A stretch of DNA of 64,000 bases, from NCBI GenBank assembly GCA_013239625.1, contig MU054323.1, forward strand, positions 5,631,220 to 5,695,219. Reading direction: 5' to 3'. Each line of letters opens with the position of its first letter. The first letter of the stretch is position 1. The DNA comes from Lama guanicoe (lineage: Eukaryota). The translations under genes and the position numbers were made by a program. The notes beneath the pieces are model-generated. The model was given only the letters and a program-made list of their open reading frames with translations, made no database searches and had not been told where the DNA came from. This document shows, one piece after another, positions 1-12,400 of the stretch.

Positions 1-65
1 CTGAGTGCTTTGGGTTATAAATACTGCATTTTTATCTACTAGCGTAAGACATTGTAGGCAGCTGT

Positions 66-578
66 TGTATTAACTCTACAGAGAAATAGAACCAATAGGA
101 CACATATTGATAAAGTAGAGAAGACTCATGGAAATTGGCTCACATGATCACAGAGGCTGAGATATGTCATGAAATGCTGTCTGCAAACTGGAGAACCAAG
201 AAACCCAGTGGTCTAATTCAATCCGAGTCCAATGGCCTGGAAAAGGGGACAAGGGAGCTGGAAGAGGGGCTGCTGGTGTGACTCCCAGAGTCCGAGGGCC
301 CGAGAACCAGGAGCTCGGGTATCTGAAAGCAGGGGGAGATGGACGTCTCAGCTCAAGAAGAAACAGCAGACTTGCCCTTCTCCCACCCTTTTGTTCCATT
401 CAGGCCCGCTGTGGGTCGGATGGTGCCCACGTTGGTGAGGGCAGATCTTCTTCACCTAGTCAGGTGACTCAAATGCTAAATCTCTTCTGCCAATCTCCTC
501 ACAGACACACCCAGAAATAACATTTGAACAGTCATCTGGGCATCTCTTAGCCCAATCACATTGAAAAATCAACCATCA
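66..578 (-). mobile_element. MLT2-family (ERVL) solo LTR
   Basis: Starts tgtatta...cagagaaatagaaccaatagga, contains ggaaattggctcacatgat and ctcacagacacacccagaaataa, ends aatcaaccatca; matches the reverse complement of the MLT2 consensus as I recall it. Confidence 0.85.
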
Positions 579-1139
579 TTATCAGCTATTATCTCCCAGG
601 GAGACATTCTCCGCATCACTGATGCATGGACTCCAGAGAAATTCACAAGGCCATCGCAAAGGTATATGTTGCAGGAATCCAAGAGAGCCTCCTTTCCTGC
701 TCTCTGTCCAATCACTTGACTCACCCAAGGAAACATGAAGACCAAAAAAAGAGTCTCAGTCAATCCATGACAATGTGTCTTTACTGATTCCCCATCACAA
801 ATCCAACCCTCTGACCACAGGGAAGAAAAGATGGGAAGGTATAGGCACTGCCCCCAGGAACTCTTAGTCGCTGAGAGAGGCAAGCTCACACACAAAACTA
901 CAGTAGAGTTAACTTCATGTGAGTCTTCCCCACTAGACTGTGGCGCCTTAAGGAGAGGGACCGTCTTCACCTTGGCAACGTTAGCATCTTGCCTTGGAAA
1001 AACTCAGTACTCAGTTGAATTTTGTTGTCACACTAAATTATGAAAATGTAGAGGGCTTGGGAAGGATGTCATCTGCAAATATCTGGAGAGATGATACAGA
1101 AGAGAGAGAACAAACATACTGTTTGTATCTCCAGGATGA

Positions 1140-1282
1140 AATCATCTCCTCTGCGATGTGGGAGGAATAATAATAATGCAAACTTCAGAGAGCTGTTGGG
1201 GGCACTTGAATGGCATAGTAGATCTAAAGCATTTAGCAAGTTGCTGGCACACAGTGAGCACTCAATAAGCAGTGCCTATCAC
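1140..1282 (+). mobile_element. MIR SINE 3' fragment
   Basis: taaagcatttagcaagttgctggcacacagtgagcactcaataa is a MIR 3' signature. Confidence 0.7.
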
Positions 1283-1474
1283 TTACATTACAAGGATCAC
1301 AGGCTGTGGTGACAGAGGAGCTGATGACGTGAGGAAGATTTCTCCGAAAGTATCAAGGCTGTTGGCTCGCGGAAGCTCTGACGTAGGCGAAGCTCTTTAT
1401 CCCAGAGGCTGGATGGTCATCTCTCAACGAAGATGTCAAGAAAAGTCGTGTACTAGGTAATAGTTGGCTGACAG

Positions 1475-1657
1475 CACTGGTTCATTAACCTGGCTATGAA
1501 TTAGAATAATGTAGGCGGTGTTTTAAATACAAACAGTTTTAGGCCAATCCAGACTTTTTTAACCATTATGGAATTTGTATTTTAATAAGTATCCCAAAGT
1601 GATTCTTAGGGAGCTCATCAAGCATGGGTCTCATTACCTAGGTGTAAGAACCACCTG
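1475..1657. mobile_element. MER5-like hAT-Charlie MITE
   Basis: aacctggctatgaattagaat...ttgtattttaataagtatcccaaagtgattct...aagaaccacctg. Confidence 0.6.
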
Positions 1658-1754
1658 TACAGAGAAAGTTTATGGTCCCTTCCAGATTCTGAGGCTCTAG
1701 GAATTTCTTCATCCAACCTTGATCATCTTCTGAATAGCGTCATAGAAAATAATA

Positions 1755-1932
1755 ATAAAGTCAGACAGATTGGATTCAGATCCCTGCTCTGCCATCTCGT
1801 ATCTGTACAACTTAAAGCCTATTGACCAGTCTCCCAAAGCCTCAATGCCCCTGTCTATAAAATAAAAATGACTACTTTGTATGAAGGTTCTATGGGTTTT
1901 TCTGGCACATAATGAGTACCTGATAAATATTT
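1755..1932 (+). mobile_element. MIR SINE
   Basis: agtcagacagattggattcagatccctgctctgcca...gcctcaatgcccctgtctataaaat...ctggcacataatgagtacctgataaatatt. Confidence 0.75.
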
Positions 1933-3399
1933 TACGAACTTGGTAGAAAAGTAACCTCTCATAGTGAAAAAAAAAAAATAGAAGGACTTATTGAATATCA
2001 GTTCCCTTTCTCGCCACCATCCCAGACTTACACATTGTGTAGAGGAAACTGAGTTCACATAAACCATGAAGATGACAAGAGATGAGAAAGTGAGACAGGA
2101 AAACCATGCATAGATGGAGACACCAGAAGAACAAGAAAATAGCTTGAGAGATTCCAAAAAGGCAAGTGGATTCTCAAAATCTAAGTAAAGCAGGAAGAGG
2201 AAAAAAACACAATGTGTTAAATTTCAGTGGGAAAGTAAAGGAGAGTGAAAGTATCATAGATCTTTCTGGATTTTGCTGGGTGTTCTCAATCATTAAATCT
2301 GCATTTAGAAATATTTATATTTGCTGAAAACCAAGAGTCTTGGCGCACAGGGAGAATGAAAAGAGCAAGGGACAGGGTCTAATTAATCATCAAGGAGCTG
2401 TCACATTGACAACTAGAAGAATTGGAAAGTTACAAAGTACCAGCACCAAACAGCATCAATCACCCAACGATGGTAAATAAATTAATCAAAAATCATTGGG
2501 TACCAAAAGGTCTGGGGGAAAAATAAAAGGCAGAAGAGAAAAATGATCAGGAGCAGCAAGCAAGCAAAATAGCAGAGCCTGACCCTGTTAAAGCTAAAGC
2601 CTTGTACCCTGGCAGACTGCCAACCACTTTGCCTCCAGTGCCTCGCCCACCCCCAAGCAGAGCGCCAAGTGCAAGTAGGTGCAAAAGTAGCTTTGAATGC
2701 TGTTGTCTTTGTACCTATTCCCCCTTCTGTACTGAACAGGAGAGACACCTAGCATGCCCCTCTCCCTACCTCCTAATAAAAGGGGAAATATTGTCCTTGA
2801 CAAGCAGGTCATCCTAAATACCACTTTGCTCAGAGCCATTCCCTGACTCATTACTAAGCTGCTGTATTTGTGCATCTGAGTTAAAACTCGCCACCTAGCC
2901 TGCTGGAGGCCAGTTATTACCAGCTGCAGGCCGTGGTGGATAGATGACTCTCTCCTCTGGGATAAGGGGGGCCCTCACTGACCCAGAATTATAACACCTG
3001 GCCCACCCTCCCCAACCTGGCCTCTATTTCCCCTAGTTAGTTCATTTTTCCTTTACCTGCCAAAAAAGTGGTTATGAAGGATATTAACCAGATCACCAAC
3101 TTCCCCATTCTTTTCCGATCAGGATGCACGTAACTGCCCCTCTAGGTTCACACAAGATTCATAAGGGCTCAGCCATGAATTCAAAGAATCGAACACCTGG
3201 GTTTTCCATGGATTGACACAGGTCATGAAATATTCCAGTAGAGTTTCACATTTGCTAGGGTCTAGGGTCCAAGCTCCACCTCTTTTTAAAATATAATTTT
3301 GACAAGCTAAATCACACATCCTTTCCAATTCACCCACAAGTGATAACCTGCAATTTAATTCCATTTAACAGATTCCCAGTGAGCAGCCCTAGGGTTCCA

Positions 3400-3700
3400 G
3401 CAATGATACAGAAATGAGTGGAGCCATGTCTCTGTATTCTGAGAGCTCATAGACTAGAAAGAGAGAAAAACCAACACAAATGATATGATTCAGGCAACTA
3501 CGATCAGGGGGAACACACAGAGACATAAGTCATGCACGGTAAGACTAAGGATGGAATTAACTCTCATACAAGATCAGGAAAGTCTTCCTAGAGGGTGGGG
3601 GGCACAGAGCGAATCAGAATAATACTTGGTAGAAAATCAGGACTTGGATGATGGGGACAACAGAAGGGCATTAAAGGCAGAGAGACAAGCTTAAGAAAAG
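3400..3700 (-). mobile_element. L2 LINE fragment
   Basis: gagctcatagactag...gatcaggaaagtcttcctagagg...ggcattaaaggcagagag resemble the antisense L2 3' region. Confidence 0.55.
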
Positions 3701-4515
3701 CCTGAGAAGTGAGCAAAATATGTGGGAGGAGTCATGGGAAGGCGAGCTTCGCAGCTCCGCTGCACAGAGAAGGTAGGGTTATGAGAGACAGTGATGAGGA
3801 GGAGAGTCCCGTAAATACAAACGCATCCCTCCACCCAGAACGGCTCTGACTGCCTGGGTGCACAATACCCCCCCTTTTCTGGACATCTAGAGAGGCCACG
3901 AGGGCGTCTCCTGGATCTTCTCCGGGGCTGGAGTCTCCAAACACAAGAGCAGCAGCAGCAAACCAGAGGCAAGTGCCCGGAAGGCAGTGCCCACGTTGGA
4001 GGCTCAGCAAGGGAAACAACACATGGATGATACCTGAGCACAAATAGGTTCTACACCGATCACATGCACCCAACCAGCTGACAGACAGGTAGGTATCAAA
4101 GTGATAATTTGATGGATGGGTGTATTTTGGAAAGTGAGACAATGTGTATACATGCAACTGATTCACTGAATAAACCAGACTCAACAGGACCCAAGCAACA
4201 GGAACTGGATTTTTGTCACAGGTGCCCCTTTCAACCTCTTCTACGGGACTGGTCCTCCCTGCTCCGAAATGAACATTTGGCAGTCTCATAACATTTTTGT
4301 TAACTCTCAGATAAGAAGCAAATACTGTCTTTTGAGGGGCACATTTAAAAGTCTAGCACTATGTAATAGTAAAATTCTAAAATCTCCTCCAATTTATGAT
4401 TTCGCCGGTCAGGTCCACTGCAGTCTTGGAGGCCTGAGGGAGAAGTCAGAGCCATCATTGTTCTCTCCTTTTGCCCCCTCTTCCCCACTCTGCCTTCTGA
4501 TTTGTGTCTTCACAG

Positions 4516-4519
<4 letters not shown>

Positions 4520-4561
<42 letters not shown>
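4520..4561. repeat. (GA)21 microsatellite
   Basis: Perfect GA dinucleotide run read directly. Confidence 0.98.
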
Positions 4562-4564
<3 letters not shown>

Positions 4565-5619
4565 TCCTGGAATAGTGCAGGTATAATCCAACACCAATGT
4601 TTCTGAAATTCAGAGAGTGGCATTCAAAACTAAATATTTTCTTCATGGGGTGCTTTTATGAGGACCGCCCCATCTTGCATTCTCTTGCAAAAACAATGCC
4701 TTCCATGGCCAGCAGCACTCCCTCAGGCACTGGCACCCTGCAGTCCCCCCTCCTCCCATCCCCCCATCTCTCCAGGGCATCTTCATGGGCAGCTGGACCC
4801 CAGCAGCCTCCTTCCTCAGAGTCTCACCTACTCTACAAGAGGCGCACATTCTCAGCCTGGTTATACCCCAGAAGTACTCAAGGCTACTCCCAGGGCAGTT
4901 CTGATTCTTTCCTCTCTGCTGCCTCCACCCGAGGCGACCAGCAGAGTCCAGCTGCTCTGTCCAGTGAAGGCCAGAGAGCACAGGAAAAGTGTCTGAGCAG
5001 CTGCCTAGATTAGAGAGGGAAGACTCCACCTCTCCTTCTGACCTGGGATGTGGAGGGAACAAATCACCACGCCTGACAACTTTCCCCAAAGGGACCCTTA
5101 ATCCTGGCCTCCTACCTTCCACCTCTTTCCCTGTACACCCTGGAGGTGGGGTATGAGCTAATGCTGACAGAACAGTTTGGGGTCAGCTCCTTTTAAAGTG
5201 CCTGGTAGACGGGCTAGGCTATCCGTTTAAAATATGGGTGTACTTGGCAGATATTTTTCTCAGACTTTGGGCATCAGCTGAATTTCCAAGCAATCCAAGA
5301 AAGTTTTATTTAACATCCCCATACATGACTATTAATCAGACTTACAGAGCTTCAAGAGCCCTTAGAGGTAATACGGTGCCCCTCACTTATTTTACATATT
5401 CAGAAACTAACACTCCTCCCTTGTCTCGTCTTGTGCTCTCTTATATCTCTTGTGGAGGTGGGTTACTGAAGGCTGGGAAACGACTGGACCACACCTGGCA
5501 GAAATGGGCTCTCCCATCTGCTCAGGCAATGTCTCTGAAGACTTGAATAGCCCTCCTTCTCCCCAGGGAAAGGGCCTGTGCTCAGAAAAGGCCACTGGGC
5601 AGCAGGGACAAGCAAGTTA

Positions 5620-6018
5620 TGTATTAATCAGGGCAGGTTCATCTTTGCTACAGTGACAAATGATCCCTGAAATCTCAATGGCTTAACAACACAACGTAAG
5701 TTTATTTCTAACCCACTCCAGGTTCTGGGTTGTGAAGACACGCCTGGTCAGCTCTCCTCCATGCAGTGATTCAGGGATCCAGTTTGCTCTTCTCTTTTGC
5801 TTCTACCTTATCACGAATTTGAGGTTGCCCTTCAAGGATGTCCACAAGGCAGCAGGTAGGGGAAAGGGAGCACAGGAAATCACTTAACCATCTTGGCCCA
5901 CGTTACTTCTGCTCACATTTCATTGGCCAGAACTATTCCTATAGTGAATCCAAATTAAGGGAGGCTGAGAAAAGTAGAGAAGCCGACAGAAATCTCCATA
6001 GGACCAATTCTTTGCCAC
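5620..6018 (-). mobile_element. Old MLT1 (J/K-like, ERVL-MaLR) LTR
   Basis: tgtattaatcaggg...aaatctcaatggcttaacaacac...gcagtgattcagggatccag...acttctgctcacatttcattggccagaact. Confidence 0.8.
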
Positions 6019-6149
6019 CTACTGAGCATCCATTTCATTCTGGGGACAAAGGTATTTCTCCTCTTTATTCTAGTAAAAGTCCACACTTTTCTCACCTCAC
6101 TTATCTCCACATTATGATTTGATGAAGAAGAGGAATTTCATAATCAGGG

Positions 6150-6398
6150 CAATCTAGCACTGAGATTCAGAGCACAGACTTGAGTCAGAATGTCACGGTT
6201 TGAATTCACCACTTTTTAGCTAAGTGACTTGGAGTAAGTCACTTAACCTCCCTCAGCAATATCATAGGGATAATAAGAGTGCATACCTCAAAGGATTATT
6301 GTGAAGATTCAATAAGTTAATATAACTGTAGAACTTAGATCAGTGCAAGACTCTATGGCGATCCCTCTAAAACTGCTTAATGTTAATGTTGTTGTTAT
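6150..6398 (+). mobile_element. MIR SINE
   Basis: gagtcagaatgtcacggtttgaattc...gtgacttggagtaagtcacttaacctc...tacctcaaaggattattgtgaagatt. Confidence 0.85.
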
Positions 6399-8324
6399 TT
6401 GTATTCTCCATACCAAATTCTTTGCCCTGTTAATTACAGTTGCTCTTGGCTATACATAACTCCTTATTTGCAAACAGCACCTTGCTGAAAGATGCCAGAG
6501 CACTGCAGCTCATTGCTTTAGAGAAAAGGAAAGATCCCATTGTCTGCAAAGCTTTCTGGTCATTTTTCCAAATCAATTCTCTAGGACCAGGCACAGTCAG
6601 AATAAAGTCTTCACAGTCACATTCCAGGCTGGTAGAAATGCTCCGTGCTTCAACAGCTCAATGGCCCCACCACCAGCTCTCAGTGGCCTGCAGCCCTCTG
6701 AAGAAGGAACTATGTCCTAAGGGTGAAAAGCTATTTAGTTTCCCTGCCTGACATTCTAGTTCCAGGCCTTCTAGAAACAGAGAAGCTGTTGTCACAGCGC
6801 CAGGATGTGACAAATGATGTGGAGGGAGTGTTATGATACAGCCATCCATCCGCCGTCAGAGACCAGGACCACAAGGGGACAGAAAATGAACAGGGAAATT
6901 GTTAATTGTGTAGCTTTAAAGCTTCCCAAGAGATACTTCAGAGGGAAATATGTTTTTCCCCCATCTAGAGAGGCATAATATGCCGAAAGCCTTTAGAAAG
7001 CATGCCACTAGCTAAGCAGGAGACTAGCAGAGCTGAGGGAGGGAAGGAAACCACCCCACAGTCAGTAAAAGAACAAGAGAAGAACACTGTAGGAAGAATC
7101 ACTAAAAAGGCAGGTGTTTCTTAAACTTGGAGAGAGAAACTAAGGTTACACTTTACAGGATCTTGGATAAGTTCCTTAACATTCAGAATGGCAGAATACA
7201 TCAAATAAAGAAGATAAATCTCTTATTTTCCTAAAGGCAGGGGCTACTCTTGAGGAACCTCCAGAGTCTGAGGCCATGTGATTCTTTAAGCATGTGATGC
7301 CCTTTCTTCTCTCCAATTTTCTTTGCCTTTGGTGTAGAGTTATTTATTTGACAAATGTAAAATGGAGGATTTCGCGGTCCTAGATTTAGTCTCACTCACA
7401 AAGAAAAATAAGTGGGATGGAGACTAAACACACATACAACAATATTCCTTTGCAAAAATCACCTTCTCCTTCCAGAGAGTGGGTTCTACCATCATGTGCA
7501 AATATCTGCCACTCTGTGAGGTTCCAGTACATGGACTGGATCTTTCTGAAGGGGAAGATCTGATACATGTTCCATAGTCTTGATGTTTTCATTCTCTCCA
7601 GTCCACAACAGAGACTCTCTTGAAAAGATTAGTACTTTGACTTTAATATGAAGTCTACAGAATCTACATTAAAACAACACTATGGAATTTCTACTTTTGC
7701 CCAAGATGGAGTAAGAGGAACCAGATTTATCTTCCTACCTGAAATCAAACCAAAACAAAACAACAAAAAAGCAGCAATGTACATGAAACAGTGGTTTGCA
7801 AGACTCAGTACAACAGGAAATGAAAGATAGTGATTCTAGAAAGAGAAGAAGCAAATGAGAAGAGCCTTAGAATTGCCCCAGCTTACTGTCTTGAAAGAGC
7901 CTCCAATCCATGATCCAATGAGAAGGAACCTAGGCAGAGCCCATGCAAACAGCCAGAGTCAAGCGGGTGAAGCTGAAGGTCCAGGAGTCCTGGGCTTTAC
8001 TATTATAAGAATTTTTACCACATGTGAAGTAGTATAACATTACTTGAAGGTAGAATATAATAACTTAAAGATGTTCTGTAATCCTTAAAGAAACTATTGA
8101 AAGAACTAAACAAAGAATTATAGCTATAAGCCAATCAACAAAGTGGATAAAATAGAATATTTTTAAAATACTTCACTCATCCAAAATAAGGTAGAGAAAG
8201 AGGAAAAGGACTAAAAGTAGATGGAACAAATAGCAAGATGATAGATGATAGATTTAAACCTAACCATATCAATAATCACATTAACTATAAATGATCTAAA
8301 CACTCCAATTGAAAGGTAGAGATT

Positions 8325-9118
8325 ACCAAAACCAAAGACAATACAAAAAAAAAAAATCAGACCAGAATCTCACGTGAACTCAGACACAAAGATTCTCAAC
8401 AAAAAATTAGCAAATCCAATCCAATGATGAATTATGTGTCAAATCCAAAAAGAATTATGTCTCATGAGCAAGTGGGATATATTCCAGGTATGCAAAGCTG
8501 GCTGAACATTCAAAAAAGCAATCAGTGTAACTCATTACAGCAACATGCCAAAGAAGAAAAGCCATATGATAATGTCAAACAATGCAGACAATGTTTGACA
8601 AAATCCAATACCCATCGATGATTTAAAAAAAATACATAAAGACATAAATGGTTAAGTTAAAAAGAGTAGAATATTTACACTCAAAAAACACCCCACAGCT
8701 AACATCATATGTATGGTAAAAGACTGAATGTCAAAAATGGAGAAGAGATTAGTGGTTGCCAGGGGTTAAAGACAAGGGCAGGGTGGGGCAGAGGAAGGGG
8801 AAACATGAAACAGATTTGTGTTGATGGAACTGCTCTATACCATGACTGTCATAGTAAATACATGAAACTGTTCAAATGATAGAATTGCATAGAACTAAAC
8901 ACATATGTACACACACATGCATACAAATAAGTACAAGTAAAACAGGAAATCTGAACAAGTCTGATGGATTGGATCAACATCAGTATCCTGGTTGTGATAC
9001 TGTACTGTATTGTTGGAAGATGTTATTGAGAAAAATTGAGCAAAGGGAAGACAAGTATCTCTATCATTTCTTACAACTGCATGTAAATCTATAATGATCT
9101 CAAAATAAAAGTTTATTT
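8325..9118 (+). mobile_element. L1MD-like fragment nested in the older L1
   Basis: RT remnant HEQVGYIPGMQSWLNIQKS; L1MD-type 3' UTR (tatcctggttgtgatactg...ttcttacaactgcatgtaaatctataat...caaaataaaagttt); decayed TSD aaggtagagatt / aaggcagagttt. Confidence 0.75.
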
Positions 9119-9242
9119 AAGGCAGAGTTTCAGATTGGATATAAAACATAAGGTCAAAGTTGTGCTACCTATAAGAAAAATATTTTAAATATAAAGACAC
9201 AAATGGTTAAGTTAAAAAGAGTGGAGTATTTATATACATACA

Positions 9243-9452
9243 CAGACATCCTTCAGTATCTGCAGGGGCTTGGTTCCAGGACACCCACGTATGCCAAAAT
9301 CTGTGGATGTTCAAGCCCCTTACATAAAATGTCTTAGTACAGTCAGCACTCTGTATCCACAGGTTCCATATCTGTGGATTCAAGCAACCCCAAACCACAG
9401 ATGGCTTAATCTATGGATGGATGCAGAACGTGTATACACAGAGGGCCAACTG
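9243..9452. mobile_element. MER2-like TcMar-Tigger MITE
   Basis: cagacatccttcagtatc...ggttccaggacacccacgtatgccaaaatctgtggatg; ends gagggccaactg followed by TA. Confidence 0.8.
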
Positions 9453-12400
9453 TATGTACATATTTGTGTGTGTGTATGTGTGTGTATGACATTAATCAAA
9501 AGAAAGCTAGAATAGCTATATTAATAACATACAAAGTAGATTTCAGAACGACTATTATCAAAGATAAAGAAAACTCATGTCATATTGATAAAAGGATCAA
9601 TTACCAGAGTCACATAATAATCCTAAATGGTTATGTAAGTTATAACAAAACTTCAAAATACATGAAGCAACAACAGATAAAACTTCAAGAAGAAATAGGC
9701 AAGTCCACAATTACAGTCAAAGTTGTCAACATTCATCTTCCAATAATCGATCGAACAAATACAAAGAAAATCAAGAAGGTTGTAAAATATTTGAACAACG
9801 CCATCACATATACATGCAAAATTTCTCCACAGATGTCCATAACTTTATTTATAAGAGCAAAAACTGGAAACAACACAAAAGTGCATTAACTGGTGGACAG
9901 ATAAGCAAATGATGGTTTATCTGTACAATGGAACACTACTCAGCAATGAAAGGAATGAACTATTTATACACGTAAACATGGATGACTGTCAAAAGAGTTA
10001 TGCCTTGTGGAAAAAGCCAGACAAAAAAGAGTCCCCAGTGTCAGCTTCCATTTATGTAAAATACTCAAGAATGCAAACTGTAGTGGCAGCAGATCACTTG
10101 TTACCAGCAGACGTGAGGAGCAGGGAGTGTCGGGAGCAAGGATTACAAAAGGCCCCAAGGACACTTTGCTTATGACAGCTCGTTAGCTTGAGTATGGGGA
10201 TGGCTTCCTGGGTCCTACTTCAGTCAGGCCTTATCAGATTGTGTACTTTACATATGTGAAGTTCATATTACATCAGTTACACACAGAAATACACACACAC
10301 GTGGTGTAACTAGCACCCACCAAGGGCATCAACCAGTATCCCCAACAATGATCCCTTGTATCCTAGCCTGATCTGCATCGTCACTGTGCCAGACACCTCA
10401 AATGTCCCCCTCCTTCCTTCTGCCTCTTCAAACTCTATTTGTCCTTCCAAGTCCAGAACAAGTCCTACCTCCTACAGGGAACCTTTCAGGAACTCTCTCA
10501 CCCCTGACCATCCTTGCACACAGGCTACAACAGTTCTAAATGAGAATATCTCCGTTGTCCAAATAGAGGTTGAGCTCCCCGAAACGAGGAAGCCCATTGT
10601 CAGGATCCTTCCTCTACCTGCAGATGCCTGGGCCAAGGAGCCTCGATTGCTATCTGTTGATTGTATTGTTGATGTATCTTCCACTGATAGATCTCCCTCA
10701 CAAGGATACTCTTCACTCTGTGGTGACATGTTGTTAATTAAAAAAAAAAAAGAAGAAGAAGAAGAAGGAGAGCATCTTCTGTGCCTTCAGCCTTGGCTTC
10801 TACCAGGGACCACGGTGTTTCCAATCAGAGCATGCCTCAGGGAGGGTCCCAGGTGCTTGCTCGTGTAAGAACTCCCTGCAGCTGGCTACAGAGCAGGGCT
10901 TGCTGTGCAAAACCAGAGAACCGAGGGCACCTTTGGTCCACTCCGTGCTTTTCACATCCCAGGGCTTCAGCAGCCTTTGCAAAGAAGCCATGCACTTCTT
11001 TGTGGCCTGAACATAAGGCAATGTCTGGTGCCAGTTAACTTTTTGCCCAGATGAGTAAACCAAGTCCAGGGAGATAGTGTGGGCGGTTTTGGATTACTCG
11101 CTGAACCTTGCTTCTTCACTCTTACTTTCTTCGTGTTTTGGGCTTTTCTCAAGTGAGGAGATCATAAGATTAACAGGAAGGGCAGACCTCCCAGCCCCTG
11201 CCCCTTCACTAGATCAGAAAAGAGTCATCACAAGTTCTCCATGCTCTTCTACAGATGTTCTATAATCAAATTCCCCATCATTTGGCTAAAAGTAATTTCT
11301 TCTGCTTCTCACACTCCAATCAACTCTTGTGTTCTTTTTTTTTTTTTAAGTCAATAGGCTGACAGCGTTGGAAGTGGATAAAGATATTAGCAGGAGGCTG
11401 CTGGTTTCAACAGACAAACAATGATCAATAGTTTTTTATCTCCTAATGACTGTAAGGTGATTGGGTAGCCTCCAGCTAAGAACTTCATTGACAACTACAG
11501 TGTTATTTCAGGGAGGGAAGGGAAGCCAATTTTTATGAGACCCGAGGAGAAGTGTACCTTTCAGAAACTCCTGGATCTCAGTCACCATGATCCTAGCAGT
11601 TGAGTTAAACTGGATTCTTCTCCTGCACCTTGTAATCACCAAGTTCTTCTCTCAAATTGTCCCCATCTTCCATCCCTGCAGCCTCTACACAGGGCAGAAA
11701 TTACCTCAAATATGTCTGACAGCAGACAAAGGGGTCTTGGTCCAAGAAAATTATTTGAATTTTATTTTGTCCTCCCTGGAGAGCTTTAAGGGGGCCTCAA
11801 ACACCATTCAAATCTATTTCAAACCCTGCAGTGAGGATTAAGTGTTCTTCAGTGGCTGTTCTCTAAATTTCTCCCTCTTTGTCAACACATCTCCTTCATG
11901 CTTCAGCTGAAATATGGAACAGACTTATTCTCCATCTACCCTCTAGTCATTAATTCTTTCCCCCTTGCCTCTGCCGAACTGGTTGCCTCTAGCTAACATG
12001 CTCTTCCCTAGTTACCCATATCAGCCATTTTCATAAATTTTCCCTTAAAAGCCCTACCAGATAGCATTTGGATTAACTCCACCTCATTTTGATGACATCT
12101 TTCCTCTCTGCCCTTCCCCATTTTCTAACACAAATTATTCAATGCCATCTCACACGGGGACCACACTGCTATGGGGTTGGTGATATCCCCTATGGAGTGA
12201 ATACTCAGATTCATTCCTCAACAAGCAGCAAAGGCACACGATAGCATTTGGTATGTTTGGGGTTGAATGCATGGCCGTTTTCATCGGGATGACATGGAGC
12301 TTAGCAGCGCATTTCCTACAGGATGTCAGATGGAATGTCGATTTTCCAAGGCATTAATGGGTACCACAGTTTTCTTTACAGAGTCCCATGACCAAATGAG

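Larger units (their letters stand above)
7685..10285 (+). mobile_element. Ancient L1M (L1ME-like) element, internally deleted, with nested insertions
   Basis: L1M-type 5' end at ~7690 (acttttgcccaagatggagtaagaggaaccagattt). The ORF2 endonuclease remnant translates in track ORF 9413-9889 as KKARIAILITYKVDF...SKYMKQQQIKLQEEIGKSTI. L1ME-type 3' end at 9810-10285. Confidence 0.8.

Noticed and set aside
3691..4289. Overlapping 116-aa and 185-aa minus-strand ORFs
   Set aside because: No recognisable domain and no convincing donor/acceptor pair; lengths are compatible with chance.
9413..9889. 158-aa ORF
   Set aside because: Decayed L1 endonuclease fused to MITE and microsatellite sequence; the GDFN motif has degenerated to KVVN.
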